Shown here: positions 24,591 through 35,412 of the stretch, piece by piece
Layout of the letters: every line of letters begins with the position of its first letter
Numbering within the stretch: the first letter of the stretch is position 1
From: an uncultured delta proteobacterium
Lineage (GTDB): Bacteria > Myxococcota > B64-G9
DNA length: 64,000 bases
Direction of reading: 5' to 3'
NCBI GenBank assembly: GCA_963754925.1
Contig: CAVWHX010000009.1
Location: 106,526-170,525 of the forward strand
Translations under genes and position numbers: made by a program
Notes under the pieces: generated by a model
What the model saw: only the letters and a program-made list of their open reading frames with translations
What the model was told of the DNA's origin: nothing
Databases searched by the model: none

Positions 24591-25331
24591 ATGAATTGCA
24601 TGGTAACCGGTGTATCCCGCGGTATCGGGCGCGCAACGATTGCCGAATTGGTACGGCAGGGACACTCCGTGTGGGGGCTTTCGCGTACTGCAGTTTCCAA
24701 CATTCTCGAAGAAGAGAAAAGACGATTCCGTCATTCTTTGTGCGATGTTGGTGATCAAGAGCACCGCAAACGTGTATCCGAGGAAATGGACGCCGCGGGA
24801 TTTTGCCCAGATGTTATCATCTTAAACGCAGCAATCGAATATGAAGAAGAGGAGACCGCCTTTTCCTGGGAGAAGATGCAACAGGTACTACGTATTAATG
24901 TCGAAGGGGCTTTGTTCTGGATTTCCCATTGGATGGAACGTTATCCGCAGCGTTTCATACAATTCGTCGGACTTTCCTCATTATTCGCCATTTGGCCTGA
25001 CGCGGATTGTCCTGCCTACAGTGCAAGCAAAGCGGCGCTCTCCATGGCGTTTCGTGGGCTTCGCCTGCGCTATACTAAAAGACCTGTTACTTTTAAACTT
25101 TTATATCTAGGTCCCGTTCAAACCTCTATCAATCCACGTTTCGCTTCAAAAGGCTCAGCCGGTTGGCAAGTGGCGAAGCCTGAAGCAGTTGCTCGCTATA
25201 TCGTAAATATTGTTCTTTCTAAACAGCGGCTCACCTTCTACTATCCTGCAATGATGGGGCTGTTGAGCTTGTTTGGTAAGTGGATCCCTGACTCATTTTT
25301 TGAATGCGTTACTCGCCCGTTACGCAGATAG
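24591..25331 (+). CDS. Short-chain dehydrogenase/reductase
   Basis: TGVSRGIG, LNAA, YSASKAA. Confidence 0.9.
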   Translation: MNCMVTGVSRGIGRATIAELVRQGHSVWGLSRTAVSNILEEEKRRFRHSLCDVGDQEHRKRVSEEMDAAGFCPDVIILNAAIEYEEEETAFSWEKMQQVLRINVEGALFWISHWMERYPQRFIQFVGLSSLFAIWPDADCPAYSASKAALSMAFRGLRLRYTKRPVTFKLLYLGPVQTSINPRFASKGSAGWQVAKPEAVARYIVNIVLSKQRLTFYYPAMMGLLSLFGKWIPDSFFECVTRPLRR

Positions 25332-25340
25332 GGAACCACC

Positions 25341-26066
25341 ATGGATAAAGGAACGCAACTTCCTGAATTGTCCATCGTAATTTTATGTTATCATGCCGCG
25401 GCTATTGTGCGCGATCTAGTTTCGCAGGTGGAACGGGAGATGGAAGAAGCCGCGATTGATTATGAATTGGTCCTCGTCGGCAATTATTTGCCCAGCGATA
25501 CGAAGGATCAAACACCAACAGTACTGAGGACGCTTGCGGCGGGTAAACCTCGCATTGTTTTGGTAATCAAAGAAAAAGAAGGCATGATGGGCTGGGATAT
25601 GCGATCCGGCCTGGACGCCGCTACGGGACGCTACATCGCCGTAATCGACGGCGACGGGCAGATGCCGATGAGTGATGTCATAAAAGTCTATCGCGTTCTG
25701 CAGGTAGGCAAATACGATTTAGTAAAAACATTCCGCGCACAGCGGTGGGACGGCTGGTATAGACGGACGGCTTCTGGGGTATACAATTTTCTCTTTCGAT
25801 TGCTGTATCCAGCGGCGCATGTTTTCCGCGATATCAATTCTAAGCCCAAGGTGATGACGCGCGAGGCCCATCAGCGCATGCAGTTGGTATCAAACGATTG
25901 GTTCACCGACGCAGAAATAATGATTGAAGCGCTGCGAATCGGTCTTTCGGTTGGCGAGGTGTCTACGGTATTTTACAAAAACGAGCGACGAGGAACCTTT
26001 GTGCGTTTTTCTACGGTTTTCGAGTTCCTGGGTAATTTGTTTTATTATCGCTTCATAAAAAAATAA
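25341..26066 (+). CDS. GT2 polyprenol-phosphate glycosyltransferase (DPM1/GtrB-like)
   Basis: LSIVILCY, IDGDGQ, RDINSKPK, DAEIMI. Confidence 0.85.
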   Translation: MDKGTQLPELSIVILCYHAAAIVRDLVSQVEREMEEAAIDYELVLVGNYLPSDTKDQTPTVLRTLAAGKPRIVLVIKEKEGMMGWDMRSGLDAATGRYIAVIDGDGQMPMSDVIKVYRVLQVGKYDLVKTFRAQRWDGWYRRTASGVYNFLFRLLYPAAHVFRDINSKPKVMTREAHQRMQLVSNDWFTDAEIMIEALRIGLSVGEVSTVFYKNERRGTFVRFSTVFEFLGNLFYYRFIKK

Positions 26067-26144
26067 CCGTACCATAGCTTAAGATATTCCTGGAGCAATA
26101 GATGTCATTTTATTTGAGATCACAAAAACTTATTCTTAATCTTT

Positions 26145-27692
26145 TTGCTCCTGATTAATATTAATAAAACGCTGCAAACCTTGACTATTATCGTTATATT
26201 AATCGCTAATTTCCGACTTCTTTTCGCATTCTTCCTATGGGATGATTTTCTTCTCTTGTACCAGATTTCCAACTGGCCTTTTCTTGACTTTATTTTCTCT
26301 AATTTTGGCGGCCATCTGTTTATCTTCAGGAATCTGGTTTACTATGGTATGCATACGATTTTTGGCGCTAATGCAGCTCCGTACCTCTTAACGGTGCTTC
26401 TTACTCATTTAGGCGCAGCATACATTCTATTTAAAATAATCCTCCTCATAGTAGAGAAACCATCATTGGCCGCCGCGGGCACGATGATCTGGGGAATATG
26501 CCCCGTTAACTATGCAACTCTATTGTGGTACGCGGCATTTGCTCAGATCCTTGTGGGTTTTTTCTTTTTATTAATAGTATATGATCTTCTCAAAATTGAA
26601 AAAGGTTTAATTGCATTTTCAGCAAAAAGAGCCGTTCTTTGGTCATTCTACCTTTTCCTGATGTCAGCTTCCTATGGTTCGGGGCTTGCCATTGCATGCT
26701 TGGCTCCCTTCGCGATAGTGATTATCCTCTGGAATGATGAAAAGAAATGGCGGATTTCCGCATCAGTGCTTCCCGTTATAGCTTTAATTTTATTGTTGTT
26801 TGTTTACAAGGACTCAATTTACGGATACGTAAGTGGAGAAGTGCAGGATACAAGACCTATCACTTTAATATTTGCTATTGGCTATTATCAAAGTATCTTA
26901 GAATTCTTCATCAGAATGTTTATGTACGCCATTTATTGTATGGCTGCTTTTCCCTTATTATTTTTCTCATCCGCAATGAATAGCACAAATGATATGATTA
27001 TTATGTCAATTCCAGTTATCGTGGTGTTGGTATTATATATTGTCTTATTTGCTCGCGCCGAAGGACGAAGATTTAGATTTTATACGGTTCTCGGAATATT
27101 TTTTCTTGTATTGGTAGGATTAACTGCTTATGGAAGGGCACCGATTTATGTTGTCTTTAATTCTCCTATTAGCTCCGCCGCGCTCACACCTCGCTATTAT
27201 TACGTCCTTCTCATCGTTACTATATTAATTCTTGTATCTATGGCCGATGAGCTGTTCCGTATTTTACCAAAATTGTCTAAGGCACTAATTCCTTTAGTGT
27301 TTATTCTAATAGCGGCATCTTTGTATCCCGGTATTATTTTGGGAGATACCATTGATCCCCTTATTAAAGATACGAAACAGCATGAAAAGAGTCTTTATTA
27401 TAATACGCTTAATGATATTGAAACTTTTATTAGATCGCATCCGATTGGCTCCACTGTTTTTATAGACAATAGAATGAACGATAAGTTTCACTTTCTTGAT
27501 AATAATGACATGACATTTCCCGGCAAAGCTGCCGTATTTTCGATCAAACACTTTAGAAATACCTTTGAGGGTAGAAGAATATATTTTGTTGAAGATGATT
27601 GTCAGGTAGCTGACCAACTCATAAAAAAAGATAAGTGGCGTATTTCTTCACTTATTGTGTCCGCATGTGATGTTGAAAAGAAAAGTCATTAA
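26145..27692 (+). CDS. Polytopic membrane protein, possible GT-C-fold glycosyltransferase
   Basis: About 11-12 hydrophobic segments; 'WDDF' acidic motif after the first TM, 'PRYY' later; start uncertain. Confidence 0.6.
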   Translation: MLLININKTLQTLTIIVILIANFRLLFAFFLWDDFLLLYQISNWPFLDFIFSNFGGHLFIFRNLVYYGMHTIFGANAAPYLLTVLLTHLGAAYILFKIILLIVEKPSLAAAGTMIWGICPVNYATLLWYAAFAQILVGFFFLLIVYDLLKIEKGLIAFSAKRAVLWSFYLFLMSASYGSGLAIACLAPFAIVIILWNDEKKWRISASVLPVIALILLLFVYKDSIYGYVSGEVQDTRPITLIFAIGYYQSILEFFIRMFMYAIYCMAAFPLLFFSSAMNSTNDMIIMSIPVIVVLVLYIVLFARAEGRRFRFYTVLGIFFLVLVGLTAYGRAPIYVVFNSPISSAALTPRYYYVLLIVTILILVSMADELFRILPKLSKALIPLVFILIAASLYPGIILGDTIDPLIKDTKQHEKSLYYNTLNDIETFIRSHPIGSTVFIDNRMNDKFHFLDNNDMTFPGKAAVFSIKHFRNTFEGRRIYFVEDDCQVADQLIKKDKWRISSLIVSACDVEKKSH

Positions 27693-28038
27693 CTTGTCGT
27701 ACTTGACAAACGCGTTTTTTAGGAATGAATATTTTATTTGTTCCATGTATATTCACATTCGGGCATCTACCGGTGGTGTCCTATCTGAACGAGGCCATTT
27801 TTCCGGAACGGTCAGAACTAAATCTGGTTTTCTATCCAAAGGTATTCCTCATCCTATCCACGTCCATCGTGCTCTCCCATATGTCCTACCGCTAAATAGA
27901 AAGATCGTTTCTCCGGATCAAGGATAAGATCTGATCTCCGTTTTGCATCGGCGCCTCTTCTCATAAAAATTAGTGTTCACCCCTGGAAGTTATAAAACGT
28001 CGTGTACAGTTAGGAAATTTTTGTATTGACAAAAGCCT

Positions 28039-29256
28039 TTGACAAATCGCATCCTATCGGTCGAGTTATATAGAATTGAGTGCTCATTCTTGAAAAAACT
28101 TCTCGCACTACTGAATCCTCTGCCACCCACGAGTGGCGGGAAAGTCATAGATGAGTTTACATCGGCAAGAGGATGGGCAATAACTCTCGTGCTACTGTTT
28201 CATTTGTTTGGAACCATCTATGGATACGGAGCAATACCGGATGCCCCAGTATATCTATCGATACTTCTGAACGGCAATACGGGAGTAACCCTGTTCTTTG
28301 TAATAAGCGGGTATATGCTCAGTTTTCCTTTTTTCAGTACGAACGCCCCGTCAATTAAGCAATTTTACTGGAATCGTATCTTTCGCATCATGCCGTTGTA
28401 TGGCCTTATAGTCATTGTCTGGTCTCTTCATTTACAGAACTGCTGGCAGGGAATTCGGGCGCTTCTATTTTACGATCTGCGTATTAACCAATTATGGCCA
28501 TTCGGCGTAGTTTGGTGGAGCCTTGGAGTCGAGGTTCAATATTACGCGCTACTGCCTTTTGTTATGTATGTATTTTGCCGGAAAAGAAATTACGTTTTGG
28601 CCCTCCTTTTCTTCACGGTATTGGTCGCCGGATACTGGATAGCTCTTACCACGCTACAGCAGAACGTGTACAATACTTTTTTCAATTTAAAAGATAATAT
28701 CATTGGTCGTTGGCCATGCTTTTTATCCGGTATTCTGCTCGCATGGTTCAACATCGGTCATGGGAGTTCGTTGAGGAAGTTGACCTCGGGTGCAGTATGT
28801 AAAAAGGTTTTTTTGGGTGACATCCTCATGGTTGCTATTATCGGCGCGCTAATATTCATCGCGGTGAAGATAACCCATACGATGGGAGTGATGGTTGCCC
28901 ATGTTGGGTGGTTTCAACATTACGCTATTGAGGCATTCTTGTGGGCATGTTTCCTTTTCGTCCTTACAAACTTTGATCTCCGGTGCCGCCGTTTGTTTGT
29001 CAATCCTATAATGGACGTTCTCGGCGTGCTATCCTATTCCATGTATCTTCTTCATCCATACTTATTGAATAAAAATATTATCGCCCCATTATTATCAAAC
29101 CCGAACTTTTTTATGTCTATCGATATTCGTGGATACAAATACATTGCGCTCTTCTTTATTCTCACGTTTGTCTTTTCTCTTATGACCTATCTATTAATTG
29201 AAAGACCATTCCTTATTTTAAAATCACGTCTTCGAGGAAAACTTGTGGATCGTTAA
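28039..29256 (+). CDS. Acyltransferase family 3 (O-acetyltransferase)
   Basis: ARGWAI..VLLFH, GVTLFFVISG, RIFRIMPLY, WSLGVEVQYY, SYSMYLLH, YLLIERP. Confidence 0.93.
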   Translation: MTNRILSVELYRIECSFLKKLLALLNPLPPTSGGKVIDEFTSARGWAITLVLLFHLFGTIYGYGAIPDAPVYLSILLNGNTGVTLFFVISGYMLSFPFFSTNAPSIKQFYWNRIFRIMPLYGLIVIVWSLHLQNCWQGIRALLFYDLRINQLWPFGVVWWSLGVEVQYYALLPFVMYVFCRKRNYVLALLFFTVLVAGYWIALTTLQQNVYNTFFNLKDNIIGRWPCFLSGILLAWFNIGHGSSLRKLTSGAVCKKVFLGDILMVAIIGALIFIAVKITHTMGVMVAHVGWFQHYAIEAFLWACFLFVLTNFDLRCRRLFVNPIMDVLGVLSYSMYLLHPYLLNKNIIAPLLSNPNFFMSIDIRGYKYIALFFILTFVFSLMTYLLIERPFLILKSRLRGKLVDR

Positions 29257-29355
29257 CTAATGTTGTAACCGGCTTCCTAATACCAATAAGTTCAGTTAGA
29301 AGACGCCATATTCCCCATTCATTATGAACAAGTAAAAATCAAATAGAGAAGATTA

Positions 29356-30336
29356 TTAACGCGCATATGAACAGTATATGGATGGCTGGAGTTTCATAAA
29401 AACTCGTAAATTATAGAACTCATCGTTCTCATAGTTACCAAAGTATTTAATATTATCAAATAAGTTATCAATAATATCACTAATTCTGTATAATGGTTGA
29501 AACCCAAGATATGTTTTCGCTTTTTCGATAGTTACCTTGTAATTTCTTAGGTCCTGAATATTTTTGATATTCAGACTGATTTTTTCTTTGGTCTTTTTTT
29601 CAAATTCGTGTTTTACAAGATCTGCCATCTGACCGACCGTATAATTGTCTGAGCAGGTGTTGAATACCCCATTTATGGAGTGATGAGCTTGTACCGCCCG
29701 AACAAAAGCATTGGCCGCGTCACGGATATCAAGGATTGGTCGCCAAATTGATGGATTATTGACCGTTATGCATTTCTCTTTGATGGCCGTCTTGAACATG
29801 GTATTAACAACAAGATCAAACCGCATGCGCGGACTGAACCCGCAAATGGTTCCCTGTCTAATTGCAATAACGGAAAATTTCTCATCCTGCATTTGAAGAA
29901 CGCCCCGTTCGCCTTGAAGCTTGGATATGCCATAGGGATAGTTGCTGATAGCAGGCGATTCCTCATCGTAGAGGCGATCGACTGTGTACCCGTATACCGA
30001 GCAAGAGGAGGCATAAATAAAACGCTGAACTCCGGCCCTCTTTGCCTCATACGCCAGGTACGACGGCAACGCACCGTTGTCGATGAAATTCTTCGCCGGA
30101 CTGAGTTCCGCCATAGGGTCGTTAGAAAGGCCAGCGAGAAAAATTACTTGGTCATAGCCTCTCAAATCTTCTTCGGTACAGCTGAAGAGATCCTTTTTGA
30201 TGACTTTTACATCTTTTGGAAGATAGTTGCCAAACCAGAGTAAGTCGATCACTTCCACGTCATAACCATGATCGACAAAAACAGGGGCAAGCACCGAACC
30301 GAGATACCCTGCGCCTCCGGCTAAGAGAATCTTCAT
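29356..30336 (-). CDS. NAD-dependent nucleotide-sugar epimerase/dehydratase
   Basis: GGAGYLG, ASSCSVYG, YGISK. Confidence 0.92.
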   Translation of the reverse strand: MKILLAGGAGYLGSVLAPVFVDHGYDVEVIDLLWFGNYLPKDVKVIKKDLFSCTEEDLRGYDQVIFLAGLSNDPMAELSPAKNFIDNGALPSYLAYEAKRAGVQRFIYASSCSVYGYTVDRLYDEESPAISNYPYGISKLQGERGVLQMQDEKFSVIAIRQGTICGFSPRMRFDLVVNTMFKTAIKEKCITVNNPSIWRPILDIRDAANAFVRAVQAHHSINGVFNTCSDNYTVGQMADLVKHEFEKKTKEKISLNIKNIQDLRNYKVTIEKAKTYLGFQPLYRISDIIDNLFDNIKYFGNYENDEFYNLRVFMKLQPSIYCSYAR

Positions 30337-30363
30337 AGTATGTCACTCCTCAACTGCAAAAGG

Positions 30364-31093
30364 TTACACCGACTGTTTCTTGTTAACAAGACCGCTATAC
30401 AATTCACAGTTTAGGGATGTATCCGCGGGTACCTTGAAACCCACCTCATGAATCTTCAGTTGTTGTATGTCTCTTCTCGTATCAAGACTCTTTGCGTATT
30501 CGAACACGGATTTTCTTTTTCCACCCACATGGACGGTTCCGGTAAAGTCCTTATCGAGGAGTTCCGCAATCATTCGGGCCGTCGTCGATACGCTCTCGCG
30601 GCTGGTCCATTGATCCACGAAAGCTTTTTCATACGGAAATACATTGGGTCCAAATGTCGTCCGAATGATTATTGAATTATCGTACAATCGCACCGCGCAT
30701 TCGCCGCCAAGTTTTGACCACGCGTATTTGTTGACGGGCAATACCGGATCGTCTTCCTTGTAGTTTCCCTTGTCGCCTTTGAATACATAATCCGTGCAAA
30801 TGTATATCAATTTCATTTTATATTTCATGCATAACTTAACAACGTTCGCCGTGCCGATGATATTAACATCTATTGCTAGAAGCGGATCCTTATCGATTTT
30901 CGGGGGAGAGGTGAAAGCGGCGGCATGAACGACCGTGGACCAAGTCCCCTTAATAAGATATCGATCTATCTGCCCAAAGTTTGTTATATCAAACTCAGCC
31001 TTCGAGGGATAATGCATATCTGGCATGAATTTCTTAAAATTCGGAACCCAAAAGTCCGCTGCCGCCGATAAATAGAATTTTCTTTTGATTCAT
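30364..31093 (-). CDS. RmlD-like sugar-nucleotide reductase; 1-bp frameshift near 31037
   Basis: Manual N-terminus MNQKKILFIGGSGLLGSEF joins KKFMPDMHYP if one T is removed; HAAAFT, TDYVFKG, YAWSK. Confidence 0.85.
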
Positions 31094-31106
31094 TACTGCG
31101 ACCGCC

Positions 31107-31745
31107 CTAACATTTTCCATAGATAAAATTCTCAGAGCGACTGTCTTTCACCCATGTTTCGATCGAAAATCCATTTCTATCCTTACTCGTTATCAAAGCC
31201 GTGCTCTTCGCTATTGAATCAAATTCCCTCTTCAAAGAACGGTCGGCGCTGGACCAATTGATATCTTTAGCGAGCGGAGATATGGACGCTTCGCACCCCT
31301 GACTATACTCACCGGTACAGAAGTATTCTATTTGGCTCTCTTCTGTGAAAAAATTGCCATGAGCAAACCCGGGAGGTATCCAAATCCACTCATTGTAATC
31401 TTTTTCAAGAGCCGCCGGCATATCATACATAGAAGCCATCCCAAACGTGGGCGAGCCCTTACGGATGTCGAGCATAAGGTCGACCATGCGGCCGCGTACG
31501 GTGCGGACCAGTTTACCCATGAACGGGTTCCACTGAAAATGAAGGCCACGAATGGCCAGGGCATGCGAATAACTTTCGTTTACCTGGACGAACTCGACTC
31601 CCTTCATAAATTCCATTTCGGGTTTACCGAAATAATCGCTCTTGCGAAACGACTCGGTAAAGTATCCGCGTTGATCGCAGAATCGCATAAAACGAATAAC
31701 CTTTATATCGGGGATATTGAAGCTATTTATTGATATTATTTTCAT
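31107..31745 (-). CDS. rmlC: dTDP-4-dehydrorhamnose 3,5-epimerase family
   Basis: DQRGYFTESF, IRGLHFQ, DIRKGSPTFG, WIPPGFAHG. Confidence 0.9.
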   Translation of the reverse strand: MKIISINSFNIPDIKVIRFMRFCDQRGYFTESFRKSDYFGKPEMEFMKGVEFVQVNESYSHALAIRGLHFQWNPFMGKLVRTVRGRMVDLMLDIRKGSPTFGMASMYDMPAALEKDYNEWIWIPPGFAHGNFFTEESQIEYFCTGEYSQGCEASISPLAKDINWSSADRSLKREFDSIAKSTALITSKDRNGFSIETWVKDSRSENFIYGKC

Positions 31746-31804
31746 TTAGCTCTCTATCGCGTCAAGCATACTCATTGATTGCGGCTGTGGCTTCTCTATC
31801 CTCG

Positions 31805-33571
31805 TCAAAAAATATCGCTTTTCTTCAAGTCTTCGGGGATCTCCTCGATTTTATAGCCTTCCGGCCAGCCTTCATAATACTCCCTGAATAGGTCAATATC
31901 CGTGAATCTGTTCTGCCATCCCCGGTTATGAATAATATCGTCCACGGGCCACTTGAGCCGAGCACGCTCAAAGCTTGTTTTCCAACAAAGATCAAAATCA
32001 AGCTTATGAATGTGCATCAACATCAAATCGGTATCTAAATTTAGGTGCAAATTATCGACGGTATGGAATCCAACGTCCCAGTTCAACGGCTGCCGAGCGA
32101 TGAGCGTCTTATTATACCATTCGGTTCGATACATGAACATTCGTTGTGATAAAACGGATCCCGATGCGTTATACGGTTCTTCCCTGAGAGGTACGTGAAT
32201 TAAATCATATCCTATACATCTAACGAAACTATTATCCAACTTTTGAATATAGTCATCCAATCCCTTATATTTATTAACATCAGCGATAATAATCTCATCC
32301 ACGTCGGTAAATATCACATATTCATAATGGTCAAGAAGCCGTTTTTGCACATTGACTGCGACATACTTAAACCAAATGTGATCGAAACTGAAAGGATAAT
32401 CAAGGCGTACGGTATTGAATGTGAAGTCATCCAAACATTTCTGCACGCTACCGTTGGTGCTCCGGTGGTCGAAAACGTAGATATCGGCTCCATCGATGTA
32501 TCGGCTATAATATTTTAGCCAGATGGGTAAAAAAACATTTTCATTCTTTACCATAACAAAAATGGCGCATTTTTTCTTTGCGGCTGTTTTGGGTGGCAGC
32601 GGCATGGTTTCCAGAGTCTTGAGGGTGGTCATATAATACTGATGTCTGTCTGCGGGTATGGAGAAATCGAGATTTCCGTTTCCCCCGGCGGCCACGTCGG
32701 ATTTTTTCGCATCAAGGGACCTGACGCGCGTGCGATGAACTAATCTTCTCCGCAGAGTATTTTTCGGCGCGAATGAATCGATACATTTGAGCACGAGCGA
32801 ACCGTATTTCAACTCGGAAGAAGAAGAAATCCTTGATTTAAAGTCTTCGAACTCAGCTTTCACCTGATTCATTCTCGCTTCGGCGAGAAGGCGCTGGCCA
32901 AGGGAATTGAAAAGTTTAGAAATGAATCGGTCTGAATTGGCCTCACGCAAAAACTCGATGAAGTCCTCCGCTACCTTATCGCCGACCGCCGCCGCTCCTA
33001 AACCGCAACCGTGCACGAACTCGAAGCTGGGATAGGTTTGGGATATTTCTTCCCACAATTTCCAGACCTCAAAGCCATCGTCTCTGATAAACGTATCATG
33101 AAAAACCATGACGCCACTCGAAGACATTTTGGGGCGCCAGGATAAAAATTCGTTCTTGACGTCTTCATATCGGTGTGAGCTATCGATAATGAGCAAATCG
33201 ATACATCCGTCATTGAAACGGGTGAGCGCATCGGTGACGTTCATTCGCAGGAGTTGAGAAAACTCGCGATACTCCCTCAGATTGTAATCGTTTAGTTCCT
33301 CATATGTCTTTTCATTTGCTTCGCCAGAATGGGCGTCGTCCTGCCAGGTGTCAATCCCGTAGCACCTCGTGGCCAATCTCATCGTTTTGACAGCCTGGCA
33401 AAATGCGCTATACGACTGCCCGTTGCCCACGCCGAGCATAACCGCCGCCTTCGGTTTTAAAACACTTATAAGGAAGAAGGCGAACGGGATATGCATTACC
33501 CACAACGAGGAATCTACTAATGACCTTTTAGGGGTACCGAAAATGATTGGATGTTTTGATGGGATCATCAT
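31805..33571 (-). CDS. Class I SAM methyltransferase fused to a GT-A glycosyltransferase-like domain
   Basis: LGVGNGQS, GIDTW, IDSSHRYEDV, FHD; C-half MVKNENVFLPIWLKYY, DHRSTNGS, FTDVDEII. Confidence 0.85.
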   Translation of the reverse strand: MMIPSKHPIIFGTPKRSLVDSSLWVMHIPFAFFLISVLKPKAAVMLGVGNGQSYSAFCQAVKTMRLATRCYGIDTWQDDAHSGEANEKTYEELNDYNLREYREFSQLLRMNVTDALTRFNDGCIDLLIIDSSHRYEDVKNEFLSWRPKMSSSGVMVFHDTFIRDDGFEVWKLWEEISQTYPSFEFVHGCGLGAAAVGDKVAEDFIEFLREANSDRFISKLFNSLGQRLLAEARMNQVKAEFEDFKSRISSSSELKYGSLVLKCIDSFAPKNTLRRRLVHRTRVRSLDAKKSDVAAGGNGNLDFSIPADRHQYYMTTLKTLETMPLPPKTAAKKKCAIFVMVKNENVFLPIWLKYYSRYIDGADIYVFDHRSTNGSVQKCLDDFTFNTVRLDYPFSFDHIWFKYVAVNVQKRLLDHYEYVIFTDVDEIIIADVNKYKGLDDYIQKLDNSFVRCIGYDLIHVPLREEPYNASGSVLSQRMFMYRTEWYNKTLIARQPLNWDVGFHTVDNLHLNLDTDLMLMHIHKLDFDLCWKTSFERARLKWPVDDIIHNRGWQNRFTDIDLFREYYEGWPEGYKIEEIPEDLKKSDIF

Positions 33572-33647
33572 TTTATTTTTCGTTGCTTACTGCTTTATAT
33601 TTTTCAAACCGCCGCGGCAGCCTTAGCAGCATATCAAAACGACCGAC

Positions 33648-34769
33648 TCATAACGTGTTAGAACTGTCCCTCGTTTGGGAACGCTGCGATCTTCTTGCAA
33701 CGTCATGAATCTTCTCGACCGATAGTTTAAACGGACGCATTACGGTGCGCAAGACCCGCGTCATTCGCCAAGAGCGGGAGTTCAAGATATTTTCGAGACT
33801 GCCTTTCAGGCACCCGCGCTCCATACGCTCGGCTTCCAAGCAAACCGATAATTCTTTTTGTTGCGCCATAATCTGCTGACAATTGGCTTCCGACCGCGCT
33901 AACGCATCGTGAGCGATTCGGCTATCTTGAATCTTTTCGTTCTCCAATCTTTTACACTCGTTTTCTAATCTAAGCCGTTCATGCTCCAATCGTGCAAACT
34001 CGCCATGTGCAAAACAGACGTCCTTGACCCGTTCGAGTTCCAAAAACGCAAGTAGTGTTTTGAGTCCTTCGGTACTCTGCCAACGATTAATGAGGACCAT
34101 GAGAGCCATGTTTAATTGCAGTTTTTTGGGGATCAGAATGGCAAGCCCGAATAGGATCGGTGTGGTGTAAAGGGTTCCAATTTTGGAGCTTTCAAGAAAA
34201 TCTTCCACAGCGGTTAACACTCCATTGCGGGGCCCACCTTCTTGCAGCGCATTGAAATACCAGGGGTTAAGACCTCCCGTGTCAACTAAGCCGCCGACTT
34301 CCGGTATAACTCCCTTCTGCGCGTAAGGTTGGACATACTCGGCAGGCAGGGTCTCAGGCGCATAGTAAAGATCGCGTCGACCGTACGGCCATGAGATGTC
34401 ATGAAAGAAGATCAGTGGAAACTCAGAACCAGTATCGCGGGCAACGATTTCAAGCTGCTTGAGCTCGTTGAAAACCGTGTACCAGTTGTGATCTCCGTCT
34501 ATCAATACGACATCAGCGCTTTGCAGATGCGGAAGTACTTCAAGGCTTAGGCAACGATGCGCGGTAACCACCTCACCATAACGCGCCCGCGCTGAAACAA
34601 AATCAAACTTTGGGTTTGGATCGATAGCGTCCAAGTGGCCGTTCACGGAGGCGCAATACTCGATGAGGCGTTGGGTGTGATGCCCATAGTCGACCCCGAT
34701 TTCGACGATCCGCTTTGCCTCAACCGCGCGAAATATCGGCTCTATTATCAAGGTCCAAAACCTAAACAT
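33648..34769 (-). CDS. Class I SAM methyltransferase with a C-terminal coiled coil
   Basis: EIGVDYG, IDGDHNWY, FHD; RLEHERLRLENECKRLENE heptads; SRSWRMTRVLR. Confidence 0.87.
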   Translation of the reverse strand: MFRFWTLIIEPIFRAVEAKRIVEIGVDYGHHTQRLIEYCASVNGHLDAIDPNPKFDFVSARARYGEVVTAHRCLSLEVLPHLQSADVVLIDGDHNWYTVFNELKQLEIVARDTGSEFPLIFFHDISWPYGRRDLYYAPETLPAEYVQPYAQKGVIPEVGGLVDTGGLNPWYFNALQEGGPRNGVLTAVEDFLESSKIGTLYTTPILFGLAILIPKKLQLNMALMVLINRWQSTEGLKTLLAFLELERVKDVCFAHGEFARLEHERLRLENECKRLENEKIQDSRIAHDALARSEANCQQIMAQQKELSVCLEAERMERGCLKGSLENILNSRSWRMTRVLRTVMRPFKLSVEKIHDVARRSQRSQTRDSSNTL

Positions 34770-34863
34770 GCAGACCTCGTCTGGCGTAATATAATATAGA
34801 AAATATCGTAGCTCTGATACATTGTTTAGACATGAGCACTATCATTTGGGTGCTAAAAGTCGG

Positions 34864-35412
34864 TTATTTTAATGTAATCAGTAATTGTCTAACCAAGGCT
34901 TTCAAATTCATTCGTGGTTTGCGGAACACTCCGATATTGTCAGTGAATTTGACCCATTCGGGGGAACTATCATCTATTCTGTAAGTACTTGAGTCGAGTT
35001 CCTCCACCGACAGGCCGCCGTATCTTGCAAATGCATTCATTGAGTCCGGCAAGAAACGCCAGCAGTCGACCGGATAACGGTGTTCAAACATGTTCTGGGT
35101 AAGTATCAAAATCGCCAAGCCGCCTGGCCGTAGGATGCGAACCATTTCCATCCACGTTAGCCAGAAAAATTCGATATGTTCGAACGCCTGGCCCGAGATA
35201 ACAACGTCCACCGAGGAGCGGCCGAGGGGAAAACGATAGGAGTCTTTCAATACGATATCGACGTTTTTCCCAGGGGCAACATCAATGCCGATGTAGCGCC
35301 AGTGCGCACTTTGAAAAATTTGTCGGTAACTGCCGTTGACATCCATGCTTCCCACGTCAGCGATGGTGGTCGGGCGCTGCTCATCCAAATATTTTTCTAC
35401 ACAGCGCTTCAT
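34864..35412 (-). CDS. Class I SAM methyltransferase
   Basis: DVGSMDVNGSY, ISGQAFEH, RILRPGG, HRYPVDCWRF. Confidence 0.9.
   Translation of the reverse strand: MKRCVEKYLDEQRPTTIADVGSMDVNGSYRQIFQSAHWRYIGIDVAPGKNVDIVLKDSYRFPLGRSSVDVVISGQAFEHIEFFWLTWMEMVRILRPGGLAILILTQNMFEHRYPVDCWRFLPDSMNAFARYGGLSVEELDSSTYRIDDSSPEWVKFTDNIGVFRKPRMNLKALVRQLLITLK

Noticed and set aside
27693..28038. Possible small ORF or IS scar between the membrane protein and the acyltransferase
   Set aside because: No recognisable motif, terminal repeat or convincing coding signal
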